Positions 16,217 through 26,397 of a DNA stretch of 32,000 nucleotides are shown here, piece after piece; position 1 is the stretch's first letter, and every line of letters begins with the position of its first letter. The DNA comes from Promethearchaeota archaeon (GTDB taxonomy: Archaea > Asgardarchaeota > Odinarchaeia > Odinarchaeales > JBHLKK01): assembly GCA_048939465.1 (NCBI GenBank), contig JBHLPL010000007.1, positions 1 to 32,000 on the forward strand, given 5' to 3'. A program made the translations under genes and the position numbers. The notes beneath the pieces were generated by a model. That model was given only the letters and a program-made list of their open reading frames with translations. It ran no database searches and was not told the DNA's origin.

Positions 16217-19066
16217 GTGATGGGGAAGGACTACATATTTGTTAAGGGAGCAAAAGTTCATAACCTCAAAAACATCGACGTGAGAATCCCTAGGAACAAT
16301 CTGGTTGCCATAACTGGCGTAAGCGGAAGTGGCAAAAGCTCGCTGGCATTCGATACCATATATGCTGAAGGTCAGCGTAGATACGTTGAGTCTCTTTCTG
16401 CTTACGCAAGGCAATTCCTTGAGCAAATGGAACGTCCCGATGTAGAGTACATTGAGGGCCTTTCTCCTGCTATAGCCATAGATCAAAAAGCTGTAAGCAA
16501 GAATCCACGTTCAACCGTGGGGACTGTTACCGAGATTTACGATTATCTGCGTTTACTTTTTTCAAACATTGGAATTCCCCACTGCTGGGTGTGTGGAAGA
16601 GAAATATCGCCTCAAAGTCCACAGGAAATAGTCGGCCAAATAATGGCTCTGGGAAAAGACAGAATTCTGATACTATCTCCTGTGGTAAGAGGAAAAAAAG
16701 GGCATTATCAAACCCTCTTTAGCGATCTGCAGAAGGAAGGATTTGTTAGAGTCCGGGTTGATGGGAGTGTATTCACTCTAGGCAAAGATGAGATTGAACT
16801 TGAAAGATACAAGAAGCACACTATTGAAATCGTGGTTGATAGAATAGCATTGGGTCAGGAAAGCTCCCAGCTGAGAAGCAGGATTGCAGACTCAGTGGAA
16901 ACCGCTCTCCGATACTCGGAAGGTTTGGTAGGTACAGTCTCCACGGATTCTGGTAAAGAACAGCTGTTCAGCACCGCAATGGCGTGTTCAAGCTGTGGAG
17001 TTAGCTTGGAGAAACTAACACCCCGTATGTTTTCATTCAACTCTCCCTATGGAGCTTGTCGAACATGTGACGGTCTTGGAGTAATAATGAAGGTCGATCC
17101 AAATCTAATTGTTCCAGACAAGACAATCTCTGTTTCTGAAGGGGCGGTATTGCCGCTAAGGAATATGAACAGCTATTACTACAAGATGCTTAGGTTAGTC
17201 GCAGAACATTATCGTTTCAGTCTTGATATTCCCTTTAAAGATATACCAGAAGAATGTCAAAAAATCGTCTTTTACGGCAGCAAGGATCCTATCAAATTCA
17301 CCATAAGAAGCACCTACGGGACAAGTGAGTGGAGCACATACAGGCCCTACGAAGGAATAGTAAACAACCTTGAAAGAAGATATCGCCAGACTAAATCCTC
17401 CTACATTAGGTCTGAAATACAAAGGTACATGGCAAACCTACCGTGTCCAGAATGTGGTGGACATAGACTCAAACCAGAAAGCTTGGCAGTAACCATAGGC
17501 GACAGAAACATTGCTAGGGTTTCTGAAATGTCAATAAAAGATGCCTACAAGTTCTTCTCTGAGCTGAGATTAACCGAAAGAGAGTCAATAATTGCGAAGA
17601 GGATACTAAGAGAGATTAAGGCTCGATTAGAGTTTTTGATTAATGTTGGCTTGGACTACCTTACAATCGACAGGTCCGCCTCGACATTGGCGGGCGGAGA
17701 AGCTCAGAGAATCAGGCTTGCAACCCAAGTAGGTTCCGGTCTCATGGGAGTCATCTATATACTTGATGAACCTAGTATCGGTCTTCATCAGAGGGACATA
17801 GCCCGTCTTCTAGCAACGCTGAAGAGGTTGCGAGATCTTGGAAACACAGTGATCGTCGTTGAACACGATGAGTCCACCATAAGATCTGCCGATTACATAA
17901 TTGATATGGGTCCCGGCGCCGGAGACTATGGAGGACGAATCGTCACGGCTGGAAAACTTGATAAGATTATTCGCAATGGGAATTCACTGACTACCAAGTA
18001 CTTGAAGGAAGAAATCAAGATTCCTGTTCCCCCAACCCGACGAAAGAGCAAGTCTCATCTCACAATCAAAGGTGCAAGAGAGCATAATCTGAAGAATATC
18101 GACGTTAAAATCCCTCTTGGGGTTCTTGTGTGTATTACGGGGGTTTCCGGAAGCGGCAAAAGCACTCTCATAAATGAGATCTTGTACAGGGGCCTGGCAA
18201 GGATCTTTTACAGATCAGGGTTAGCTCCCGGCGTTCACGACGGACTCAAAGGAGTCGAAAACATCGATAAGGTTGTTATTATTGATCAGTCTCCAATCGG
18301 AAGAACTCCCCGTTCTAATCTAGCTACCTACACAGGAGCTTGGACTCCTATAAGAGAACTCTTCGCAAACACAACTGAGGCAAAAGGAAGAGGATATTTC
18401 CCAGGGAGATTCAGCTTCAACGTCAGGGGCGGTAGATGCGGCGCCTGTGCGGGTCAGGGCATGATTAGGATTGAGATGCACTTCCTGCCGGACATCTACG
18501 TCACCTGTGACGTATGCAAGGGGAAGAGATTCAATCAAGAGACATTGGAGGTAACTTACAAAGGAAAGAACATAGCCGAAGTTCTTGATATGAGTGTCGA
18601 CGCAGCTTTTGGATTCTTCAAGAATATACCTACCGTCAAAAGAGTCTTGCAGACCGTAAGGGACGTAGGTCTTGGCTATGTCAAACTCGGTCAGACTGCA
18701 CCTACGTTATCGGGTGGAGAAGCTCAGAGAATAAAACTGAGTCGCGAACTGAGCAAAAGGGAGACCGGCAACACCCTCTACATCTTGGACGAACCGACCA
18801 CCGGTCTTCATTTCGCGGACATTCACAGATTACTCGATGTTCTTAGCCGTCTGGTCGACGGGGGAAACACAGTTTTGATAATTGAGCATAACATGGAAGT
18901 GATCAAGAGCGCAGATTACATAATTGATCTAGGGCCCGAAGGAGGAGACGAAGGAGGGTGGGTAGTGGCTGAAGGAACACCAGAAGAGATAGCAAAACGC
19001 CCCGATTCTTACACAGGTCAGTATCTGAGACGAATCCTGGACGCGGGAACAGACCGTCCTAATTAA
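16217..19066 (+). CDS. uvrA: Excinuclease ABC subunit A (class I)
   Basis: Two ABC ATPase modules (GVSGSGKSS; GVSGSGKST), [12 protein letters not shown], Zn-binding Cys clusters, [25 protein letters not shown]. Confidence 0.99.
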   Translation: MMGKDYIFVKGAKVHNLKNIDVRIPRNNLVAITGVSGSGKSSLAFDTIYAEGQRRYVESLSAYARQFLEQMERPDVEYIEGLSPAIAIDQKAVSKNPRSTVGTVTEIYDYLRLLFSNIGIPHCWVCGREISPQSPQEIVGQIMALGKDRILILSPVVRGKKGHYQTLFSDLQKEGFVRVRVDGSVFTLGKDEIELERYKKHTIEIVVDRIALGQESSQLRSRIADSVETALRYSEGLVGTVSTDSGKEQLFSTAMACSSCGVSLEKLTPRMFSFNSPYGACRTCDGLGVIMKVDPNLIVPDKTISVSEGAVLPLRNMNSYYYKMLRLVAEHYRFSLDIPFKDIPEECQKIVFYGSKDPIKFTIRSTYGTSEWSTYRPYEGIVNNLERRYRQTKSSYIRSEIQRYMANLPCPECGGHRLKPESLAVTIGDRNIARVSEMSIKDAYKFFSELRLTERESIIAKRILREIKARLEFLINVGLDYLTIDRSASTLAGGEAQRIRLATQVGSGLMGVIYILDEPSIGLHQRDIARLLATLKRLRDLGNTVIVVEHDESTIRSADYIIDMGPGAGDYGGRIVTAGKLDKIIRNGNSLTTKYLKEEIKIPVPPTRRKSKSHLTIKGAREHNLKNIDVKIPLGVLVCITGVSGSGKSTLINEILYRGLARIFYRSGLAPGVHDGLKGVENIDKVVIIDQSPIGRTPRSNLATYTGAWTPIRELFANTTEAKGRGYFPGRFSFNVRGGRCGACAGQGMIRIEMHFLPDIYVTCDVCKGKRFNQETLEVTYKGKNIAEVLDMSVDAAFGFFKNIPTVKRVLQTVRDVGLGYVKLGQTAPTLSGGEAQRIKLSRELSKRETGNTLYILDEPTTGLHFADIHRLLDVLSRLVDGGNTVLIIEHNMEVIKSADYIIDLGPEGGDEGGWVVAEGTPEEIAKRPDSYTGQYLRRILDAGTDRPN

Positions 19067-19085
19067 ACCTTGATTACGGTTAAAG

Positions 19086-19120
19086 GGTGTTCTGTTAGAA
19101 CATATGTTCTAACAGACACC
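19086..19120. promoter_or_regulatory. 24-bp perfect palindrome (19092-19115), extendable to 35 bp with one bulge; core AGAAC-ATAT-GTTCT
   Basis: GGTGT-T-CTGTTAGAACAT|ATGTTCTAACAG-ACACC in the uvrA-uvrC spacer. The palindrome is certain; its function is inferred. Confidence 0.6.
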
Positions 19121-19183
19121 GAAGTCGAGAGATGCGGTATCGATAGAAGGATGAAGATCAAAAATTGGGTTGGAGGACTACAC

Positions 19184-21019
19184 TTGACCCTCAGAGATGA
19201 AATCAACAAGACTTTTCCTAACAAGCCAGGAGTGTATTTCTTGAAAGACTCCAAGGGAGACATCATCTACATAGGGAAAGCTAAGGCTCTCAAGAAGCGA
19301 GTGCTTCAACATCTCGGGAGCAGAGATCCCAAAGAGAGCAATATTCGTAATAACACGACAGATGTTGATTTCATCACCACGGATACTGAAGCTGAGGCTC
19401 TGGGTCTTGAGATCGAGATGATAAAGAAGAATAGACCACGATTCAATGTCTTTTTCAAAGATGATAAGTCCTACCCATATGTCAGGGTGACTCGGGAAGA
19501 AGAATATCCCCGCTTATTCATAGCACGAAAGCTCAAGACCAAGAAAGATAAATCAGAGTACATCGGGCCTTATAGCGGTGTCCCAGCTCTCAAAAGAACG
19601 CTGAACTTCCTAAGAAAGAGCTTTCCAGTAGCCAGCTGCAAATCAAAGATTATCGTAGGTAAAAGGAAACGTCCTTGTCTTGAGTACAACATCAAAAGAT
19701 GCCTTGCACCATGTGTCAAACCCGTTAACACGGCGGAATATCAAAAATTGGTAAATCAGTTTACGTTCTTTTTAGAAGGCCGAGACAAGCAACTGATTGG
19801 CGAATTAAAAAGAGAAATGAGTAACGCATCAGACAAGCTAGAGTTTGAGCGAGCTGCTCTTCTGAGGGATAGACTGGAAGCTGTTGAAAGGACGATTGAG
19901 AGACGCATGATTTCTTTGGATATCGGAGACCACGATTTCCTTGGACTGTCAAAAGAAGGTGGTTTAGCATGTTTGACTTTGCTTTCGGTAAGAGAGGGAA
20001 GAATGACAGAGCAAAATAGTTTTGTACTGAGGGTGCCAGAAGGAAGCTCAAAAGAAGATGTTTTGGAAAGCTTCATCGAGCAATATTACTATCAGTCCAC
20101 ACACATTCCTGCTGCAGTGATCATTCCCTTCAAGATCAAAAGCGATGAGGCCCTTGAGGCATTGCTCTCCTCTCTCCGTGGCAATATTGTGAGAATCAAT
20201 AAACCTAAGGAAGACATTGAACTGAAATTGCAGCGGTCAGTAACTGAAAACGCGGAGACAACTCTGAAACGAACGATCTTAAGGCAGCAACTCGAAGCTC
20301 AAAAGGCCCAGCTGATCGTAGAGGACCTAAAAAAGCATCTACCAGTCGGACTGAAGTTGGACGAGCTGGAGGTAGTTGAAGGATTTGACGTTTCTGCCTT
20401 GATGGGGGCTAATGCTGTTGGATCCTGTGTTGTCTTTAAAGATTGCAAACCCAAGAAAAGCGATTATCGCCGATTCAAAATAAAATGGATTAAAGGACAA
20501 GATGATTTTGCTATGATGGAAGAGATTGTTGAACGCAGGCTGGAGCAGCTTCTCAACGATGGCGAGAAGCTGCCAGATCTGATTCTCGTGGATGGTGGAA
20601 TAGGTCAGCTGAATGCCGCGCTCAAGGCAGAGCAGAGAACCGCTGTAAGAACTCCTACTATTGCTTTGGCCAAGGAACATGAGGAAATCTATGTTCCGGG
20701 GTTTAGAAGTCCAGTTAAACTACCTGAAGATTCACCTGCTCTGCTGTTCCTGCGTAGAGTTAGAGACGAGGCTCATAGGTTCGCTGTATCCTACCATCGC
20801 AAGTTAAGAAAAGACAAGATGGTAAGATCTTCCCTGGATGAGATCCCCGGAGTTGGACCTAAGACAAGGAATAAGCTTCTGAAGCATTTCGGGAGTGTTG
20901 AGCGTATAGCTGTGCTAAATGTTGAAGAGCTACGTTCTATTTCTATAGGTAAGAAACTCGCTGAAAGGATTTTAAAACACCTGCGCAACCGCTATCCCAA
21001 AAGGCCTGGAAATGAATAA
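19184..21019 (+). CDS. uvrC: Excinuclease ABC subunit C
   Basis: GIY-YIG (PGVY...IYIGKA), DDKSYPY, Cys cluster CLEYNIKRCLAPC, UVR domain, RNase H-like GFDVS/DGG/RDEAHRFA, HhH (IPGVGPK). TTG 19184 behind GGAGG. Confidence 0.98.
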   Translation: MTLRDEINKTFPNKPGVYFLKDSKGDIIYIGKAKALKKRVLQHLGSRDPKESNIRNNTTDVDFITTDTEAEALGLEIEMIKKNRPRFNVFFKDDKSYPYVRVTREEEYPRLFIARKLKTKKDKSEYIGPYSGVPALKRTLNFLRKSFPVASCKSKIIVGKRKRPCLEYNIKRCLAPCVKPVNTAEYQKLVNQFTFFLEGRDKQLIGELKREMSNASDKLEFERAALLRDRLEAVERTIERRMISLDIGDHDFLGLSKEGGLACLTLLSVREGRMTEQNSFVLRVPEGSSKEDVLESFIEQYYYQSTHIPAAVIIPFKIKSDEALEALLSSLRGNIVRINKPKEDIELKLQRSVTENAETTLKRTILRQQLEAQKAQLIVEDLKKHLPVGLKLDELEVVEGFDVSALMGANAVGSCVVFKDCKPKKSDYRRFKIKWIKGQDDFAMMEEIVERRLEQLLNDGEKLPDLILVDGGIGQLNAALKAEQRTAVRTPTIALAKEHEEIYVPGFRSPVKLPEDSPALLFLRRVRDEAHRFAVSYHRKLRKDKMVRSSLDEIPGVGPKTRNKLLKHFGSVERIAVLNVEELRSISIGKKLAERILKHLRNRYPKRPGNE

Positions 21020-21307
21020 TTGCGTCTCAGGCTTGTGAACCAGCCCTTTCCTGGCTCTTGAATCTCCTTCAGGATTTTGGCAGAGGAGCACACTGATCCT
21101 TTGATTTCTTCAGTTCTTATTAGCAAATTTCTCCAGGAGTCCAATCGTCGTACTTTTGTCAACACTCACATATCCAGAACTTTCACACAATCAGAACTCA
21201 CTCCAGACTCTGGACATGTTGAATACGAGTACTTATATATTCTATCGTAATTTTTAAAAACTTGAACGTGATTCTTTTAGTCTATTTGAAGATCGCGAGG
21301 GAAAGGT

Positions 21308-21550
21308 GTGATTAAGATTCGCTGCGACAAATGCAAAACAGAGTTCAGAACGGTCATAATGATTCCAAAATCCGTCCCGGAATCTAACATGATGGGAATT
21401 GTTAGTTGGACTCAAGAAACTAGATGTCCAAAATGTCAGACAGTTATTAAGGTCAAACCTTGGTATGACGTAAACGATTTTTTCTATGGGGTTGATGTTG
21501 AGCACGGCGTCTTGACGTCGAAGCTTCCTAAACCCTCTTGGGTACCTTAG
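21308..21550 (+). CDS. Small zinc-finger protein (CxxC...CxxC)
   Basis: CDKC and CPKC; SD-like GAGG/AGGTG upstream; the next gene follows 17 bp after the stop. Confidence 0.65.
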   Translation: MIKIRCDKCKTEFRTVIMIPKSVPESNMMGIVSWTQETRCPKCQTVIKVKPWYDVNDFFYGVDVEHGVLTSKLPKPSWVP

Positions 21551-21567
21551 TCTGGAGGGAGACCTAT

Positions 21568-22548
21568 TTGAGTAAGAAGGAGGACGAAATCGGAACTGCA
21601 GAAGTGAGGAAGAACATCGCTGAAATACTAAGCTCGGGTAGGAAGAAACTGGGGAGAGGCTTGCTCTTCAAAGTCGCGGAGAATGTTAAGGAATCGGTTT
21701 TCTTGCCGCTAGCGGAACTCGTTGTTTTCTTCTTGATATTCCTATTCCTCGCAAAGCCTTTTTACGGCATCTTTTTTGCATCCTCACTTGACGTTAACGT
21801 CGCCATTTTAATTTCCTTGTTCTGCAGTTTTTTTGTTGTTTTGCCCTTGAACAGTCTTCTAAGCTTCATCAGCTCCAACAAAGAAAAGAAGGTTTTCAGA
21901 GAAGAAGGGCTAATTCGCGAGGTAGAAAAACTTGCTGAACTTGAGGCCAGAGAGCTTGGTTCTCAACTTGCTGCCAAGGGAGAAGTCTCTGCTCATTTTG
22001 ATTCCAAACTCCTATGGAGCCTTTTAGAGATAAACGAGGGATATGTTATTCGTGGTCCAAGAGGAAGTGAGTATCTCTTCAGCAAAAACGGGGTAACTTT
22101 TAAGATATCTGATGAAGTTTTCTACCAAGGGAATTGGGGACGTTTTCTTGTGGTACACTGCCAGAAACCACTGCCTGCAGATCTAGTCCGTTTTGAGCTT
22201 TTAATAACGCCTCCTTTTGTAAAAAAATCCCTGAGAGCCAAAGGAAGGAAGGATAATGAGTTTGTGCGTCTTCTACCAGAGGCCAGGGGATATCTGAGGA
22301 AGCTAATTCGTCTTGCAAATAGTCTGTCCAATACAAGGAGGGCAAGATTGCGGGTAACCGACAAGCGGACTGAGCTTATCATAGAAGACTATAAACCATT
22401 TGAAGAAGTAAAAGAATATGGAATCGTTTTGGACGCATTGAGGGGTTTGGATGTCCTCTTAAGGAGAATCAGCTATGCGCCGTCTAGGTTAGAACCACAG
22501 TTCGGGCAGAAACGAACATCCTTTATTTCAATCCTTACCCCACAGTAA
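21568..22548 (+). CDS. Hypothetical membrane protein (2 N-terminal TM + soluble domain)
   Basis: TTG 21568 behind GGAGGGAG; two hydrophobic helices followed by a ~220-aa soluble region. Confidence 0.7.
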   Translation: MSKKEDEIGTAEVRKNIAEILSSGRKKLGRGLLFKVAENVKESVFLPLAELVVFFLIFLFLAKPFYGIFFASSLDVNVAILISLFCSFFVVLPLNSLLSFISSNKEKKVFREEGLIREVEKLAELEARELGSQLAAKGEVSAHFDSKLLWSLLEINEGYVIRGPRGSEYLFSKNGVTFKISDEVFYQGNWGRFLVVHCQKPLPADLVRFELLITPPFVKKSLRAKGRKDNEFVRLLPEARGYLRKLIRLANSLSNTRRARLRVTDKRTELIIEDYKPFEEVKEYGIVLDALRGLDVLLRRISYAPSRLEPQFGQKRTSFISILTPQ

Positions 22549-23090
22549 GGACAGAAATTGACGTCGCTGTCCGATGACTGGACATTAACCTCTGATGGTT
22601 CTGGTTCAAATTCTTCAATTTCCACAGGTTCGGCTTCAGGTTCAGGTTCAGATTCAAACTCGAACTCGGAAAACGATACTCTTTTGCCCCCTGAAGTCGA
22701 GGACTGTAGACTTCTCATACCATCATATGAAAGATCCAGTTGATTAAGAGCCTCTTTTGGAAGGTTTTTCCATTCCTGTCTTGCGAAGAGATTCTTGAGG
22801 ACCTTGACTTTTGGAATAGGACCCTTAAGCTCCATATGATTGCCATTCTCAAGTCCGAACTCCAGCCTGGAGCTTCCATCTGCACGCCACCTTTTGACTT
22901 TATGAAGGGGGATTACGTATGTTCTCTCTTCCTCGTCTTGATAGTAGATGCGATAATTCGTCAATATGAAGTTCTTCCAGTGGAGAATCCATCTTTCCCC
23001 CCTAAGTTTCGGATATTCCTTTAGGAAGGTTCTTACAAACATGCTGGCACCCTTGATTGGTTCCCATTCATCTTCAATAATACTGGACAT
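22473..23090 (-). CDS. PH-like domain + acidic Glu/Pro linker + C-terminal zinc-ribbon protein
   Basis: ILTNYRIYY PH-like strand pattern; EFEFESEPEPEAEP linker; CPYCG...CPNCG. ATG 23090 behind GGAGG. Confidence 0.7.
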   Translation of the reverse strand: MSSIIEDEWEPIKGASMFVRTFLKEYPKLRGERWILHWKNFILTNYRIYYQDEEERTYVIPLHKVKRWRADGSSRLEFGLENGNHMELKGPIPKVKVLKNLFARQEWKNLPKEALNQLDLSYDGMRSLQSSTSGGKRVSFSEFEFESEPEPEAEPVEIEEFEPEPSEVNVQSSDSDVNFCPYCGVRIEIKDVRFCPNCGSNLDGA

Positions 23091-23323
23091 ACCTGATGCC
23101 TCCAATATCATATAATAATATACAATATCTCCGTATTAAATACCAAGCTAAGGTTGCATAGAGTTTCGCAAGTATTTGATTCATGAATTGTGCTTTCCTC
23201 AAAGAAGAAATACCATCCCACATTTATATATCTTGCTTTAATTCACTAGTTTTAAATAATCTTGACTCTTTGAGTGCTTGACTAATAACGTACGAAGATT
23301 CGAACTTAGTTGAGGCCGTTAGG

Positions 23324-24256
23324 TTGCAGCCGGTTGTTAGCGCGATAGGACTGACGAAGGTGTTTGAAAGAACTACAGCAGTCGATCACATAAGTTTCGG
23401 AGTTAAACGTGGAGAAGTATTCAGCCTTTTGGGCCCAAATGGAGCCGGAAAAACAACAACAGTTCGTATGCTGTGCGGGCTACTGAGACCTACCGAGGGA
23501 ACTGCAACAGTAGCTGGTTATGATATAGTTCATGAAACGAACAAGGTCCGACAAATCTCAGGTTTTCTTCCCGAGATTCATGGACTCTATGAACGTCTAT
23601 CGGCTTATGAAAACTTGGACTTCTACGGTCAATTATACGATGTACCTCAAAATGTACGAAAAACCAAAATAAGAGAATTACTAGAGCTTGTAGGTCTATG
23701 GGAAAGACGCAATGAAAAGATCGGAACTTTTAGTCGGGGAATGAAGCAGAAGATCGCAATAGCAAGATCCCTTGTACATGATCCCGAGATTCTTTTCTTG
23801 GACGAACCAACAAGCGGCCTAGATCCTACGATGTCAAGGAAAGTACGTGACTTCATAACGGAATTATGCAAAAAGCAAAGACGAACTGCGTTTATCTGTA
23901 CGCACAGACTGGCAGAGGCAGATGAATTATCCAGCCGCGTCGTGATTATCCATAGAGGAAGAAAGGTTGCAGTTGGGGAAACTGAAAGCATGCGTAAGAA
24001 GCTTTGGAAGTTCCGAAGGTTCAGACTAAGTCTAGTAAGACTTACTGCGAATGTCTCAAAAATCCTGAAGGAAATTCCTGATATTTCAAAAATCGAAACC
24101 AAGGATAATGATGTATTTCTCGAGGTTGAGAATCCGATTCAAACCAATCCCGTTATTGCTAGTGCAGTTGTCAAAGCTGGTGGCCAAATAATCGCTTTTG
24201 AAGAGGTCAAAAGGTCCTTAGAAGAGATTTACCTAAAGATTATGGGGGGGTTGTGA
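23324..24256 (+). CDS. ABC-2 type exporter ATP-binding subunit
   Basis: GPNGAGKTT, FSRGMKQK, FLDEPTSGLD, H-loop CTH. Confidence 0.97.
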   Translation: MQPVVSAIGLTKVFERTTAVDHISFGVKRGEVFSLLGPNGAGKTTTVRMLCGLLRPTEGTATVAGYDIVHETNKVRQISGFLPEIHGLYERLSAYENLDFYGQLYDVPQNVRKTKIRELLELVGLWERRNEKIGTFSRGMKQKIAIARSLVHDPEILFLDEPTSGLDPTMSRKVRDFITELCKKQRRTAFICTHRLAEADELSSRVVIIHRGRKVAVGETESMRKKLWKFRRFRLSLVRLTANVSKILKEIPDISKIETKDNDVFLEVENPIQTNPVIASAVVKAGGQIIAFEEVKRSLEEIYLKIMGGL

Positions 24257-25057
24257 GTGTCTCGGAAGCCGTGGATCATTGCTAGAAAGGAAATCCGAGA
24301 AATAATCATTAGGAGCAAATACATTCTGCTAACAACAGTCGGCATGGCTATTCTTATGGGTGTAGTCTTACCGTTCATTATGACACTTACCTTTATGGGA
24401 GCCATTCAATCTGCGGAACCAATACCCCCTGAATTTGCAAACATTCCTGAATTCGTTCCTGGTCAAGAGAGCATGACATCAGGGCAAGTCATGTTTATTT
24501 TTATGATTTACACGATGATTGGGACATTTCACATTATGGTACCTGCAATGTTGCCGATTTATATTGCGGCGGACAGCTTTGCAGGAGAAAGAGAAAGAAA
24601 GACCATCGAACCGTTACTGGCCACACCATTAACGAACAAAGATCTCCTGCTGGGAAAAATCCTCACATCCTTTATCCCATCAATAATTGGAGCATTTGGC
24701 GGATACGGGGCCACAGTTGCCATTGTCAATGTTCTGGCATGGCCAATATACGGAATGATCATATTTCCTAATTCCAGCTACTTTTTGTTAGAGTTAATCG
24801 GTGCACCACTGATCGCTTTGGCTGGAATACTGCTTATGGTTGTTGTTTCGACCAAAGTACACCGAGTTCGTGAGGCTAGTCAAGTAGGTGGGGTGGTTGT
24901 GATTCCCATTCTGGCACTAATGTTTGGTCAAATGCTTGGTTTTCTTGTCTTCACAATGGTCAACGTACTCTTGATTCTGCTCTCGATCGGAATTGCTGAT
25001 GCGTTATTTTACCGACTGGCCGTCGGAATCTTTAATCGAGAAAAGCTTCTCAGCTAG
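24257..25057 (+). CDS. ABC-2 type exporter permease
   Basis: IARKE, DSFAGERERKTIEPLLATP, LLLGKI; about 6 TM. Confidence 0.93.
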   Translation: MSRKPWIIARKEIREIIIRSKYILLTTVGMAILMGVVLPFIMTLTFMGAIQSAEPIPPEFANIPEFVPGQESMTSGQVMFIFMIYTMIGTFHIMVPAMLPIYIAADSFAGERERKTIEPLLATPLTNKDLLLGKILTSFIPSIIGAFGGYGATVAIVNVLAWPIYGMIIFPNSSYFLLELIGAPLIALAGILLMVVVSTKVHRVREASQVGGVVVIPILALMFGQMLGFLVFTMVNVLLILLSIGIADALFYRLAVGIFNREKLLS

Positions 25058-26316
25058 GTATAGCGCCGGGTTCCATCAAATGTATCCAAGCGAGTCTGTC
25101 TCCTGAAAAAATCATACAGCTGGCTTTTCTCCAGCCATTTCTCCAAGGGAATAATAAGACTTCTCCCTGCTGTTTTGAGAGCATCATCAAGATTAGTATA
25201 ACGTTTAGGTTTTGTTTTCATTGCGTTGCGGACATTCTCTCTTATCTGCCAGACACCCAATGGCAAAACATAACCTGGTCTTACCTCACGTAGAATGAGA
25301 GCTGCAGCTTGACGCCTAACACGATTCAGATACTCACCAATAGCCAATCTAGCTGCATAATATGCTCCCGCTACCCTTGAAGCGTAATCTTTCCTCCCAG
25401 AGTAGAATTCGTAGTCATTAACAATTATCGGTTCATGACCCTGAGCTACCCAAGCTGATCCTGGGTACCAAGTCTCAAGCATTTCAAAAGACCAGCTTGA
25501 TGGTATTAGTATTATCTTGAAATGATTATCGAGGTAATTAGATTCAAAAAGCATATTTTCACTTATCTCTGGATAGCATTTGATTCCTTGAATGAGGCTC
25601 TTGGATATGATGCTATCAACGGTGGTTATGCTCCATCTCGTTGGAACTAGTCTTCTGTGTTTATGTGTCCCAAGAAGGCCTGCTGATAGGAGTTGATTTA
25701 TCTGGGTTACTGAGAACCCCATCTTATACAGGGATATTGAAGCGGGTCTTGCTTTTAGATCCGTGTCAGAAACAACGTAATCCAGTTTGGGGTGTATCTT
25801 TGGATTCTCAGCTATGACTACTTTTTCGACCTTGCCAATAGGCCCCATCGGCTGACTATAGCTATCAAACTCCAACCTGAATCTAGGTTCCTTTTCAAAT
25901 ATCGCTTCAGTATCCACAGGGCTCTTCGCCATGATTATTAGCTGACTAGTCTCCAGAAATCGATTGTCTTGAGGCTTTTTTACGTTTACAGGAAATACCG
26001 ACCTCACCAAGCTGGTTCGATAATTGACAATAGTATCAATCGGTTTACCGTACCAAAAATCGGGCTCGTTTAATATAAGTGCATTATCGTCCAGATAAGG
26101 GGGAATAAGTGGCCCAACTGAAACTCGAGGATAGTTGTACCTACCGACGAAAAGCGCAGGCGGACTCGAGCCGAAGATCTCTTTTGACAGTATTACCTTC
26201 TTGAGGGGAGCTATGGCTAGCTGACGCATTAATACGGGACATGAAGCTTTGCCACAGAGAAGCCTTGATCCCTTACACAGCACGCATAACTCGGATGTCG
26301 AAGGAGGACGCACCAA
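25054..26316 (-). CDS. nreA: Archaeal DNA repair protein Nre (DUF650/DUF651) with C-terminal PIP box
   Basis: N-terminal CVLCKG..LCG...CP; GSSPPALFVGRYNYP; LVPTRWSITTVD; GAYYAARLA; GVWQIRENVR; PIP motif QTRLDTF. Confidence 0.93.
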   Translation of the reverse strand: MVRPPSTSELCVLCKGSRLLCGKASCPVLMRQLAIAPLKKVILSKEIFGSSPPALFVGRYNYPRVSVGPLIPPYLDDNALILNEPDFWYGKPIDTIVNYRTSLVRSVFPVNVKKPQDNRFLETSQLIIMAKSPVDTEAIFEKEPRFRLEFDSYSQPMGPIGKVEKVVIAENPKIHPKLDYVVSDTDLKARPASISLYKMGFSVTQINQLLSAGLLGTHKHRRLVPTRWSITTVDSIISKSLIQGIKCYPEISENMLFESNYLDNHFKIILIPSSWSFEMLETWYPGSAWVAQGHEPIIVNDYEFYSGRKDYASRVAGAYYAARLAIGEYLNRVRRQAAALILREVRPGYVLPLGVWQIRENVRNAMKTKPKRYTNLDDALKTAGRSLIIPLEKWLEKSQLYDFFRRQTRLDTFDGTRRYT

Positions 26317-26397
26317 CTCTCATCGAATATTGCTCAGCTCCCTAACATTTAAAGGTTTTTTAAGGCTTTATGATAATCCCAGGTGTTGTGAGTCATA

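Noticed and set aside
20992-21201. Minus-strand small ORF with in-frame TGA at 21166-21168 downstream of a TATATAAG box (possible Sec protein or pseudogene)
   Set aside because: No recognisable family, no redox-motif context for Sec, no identifiable SECIS, and it overlaps the uvrC 3' end. It cannot be supported.
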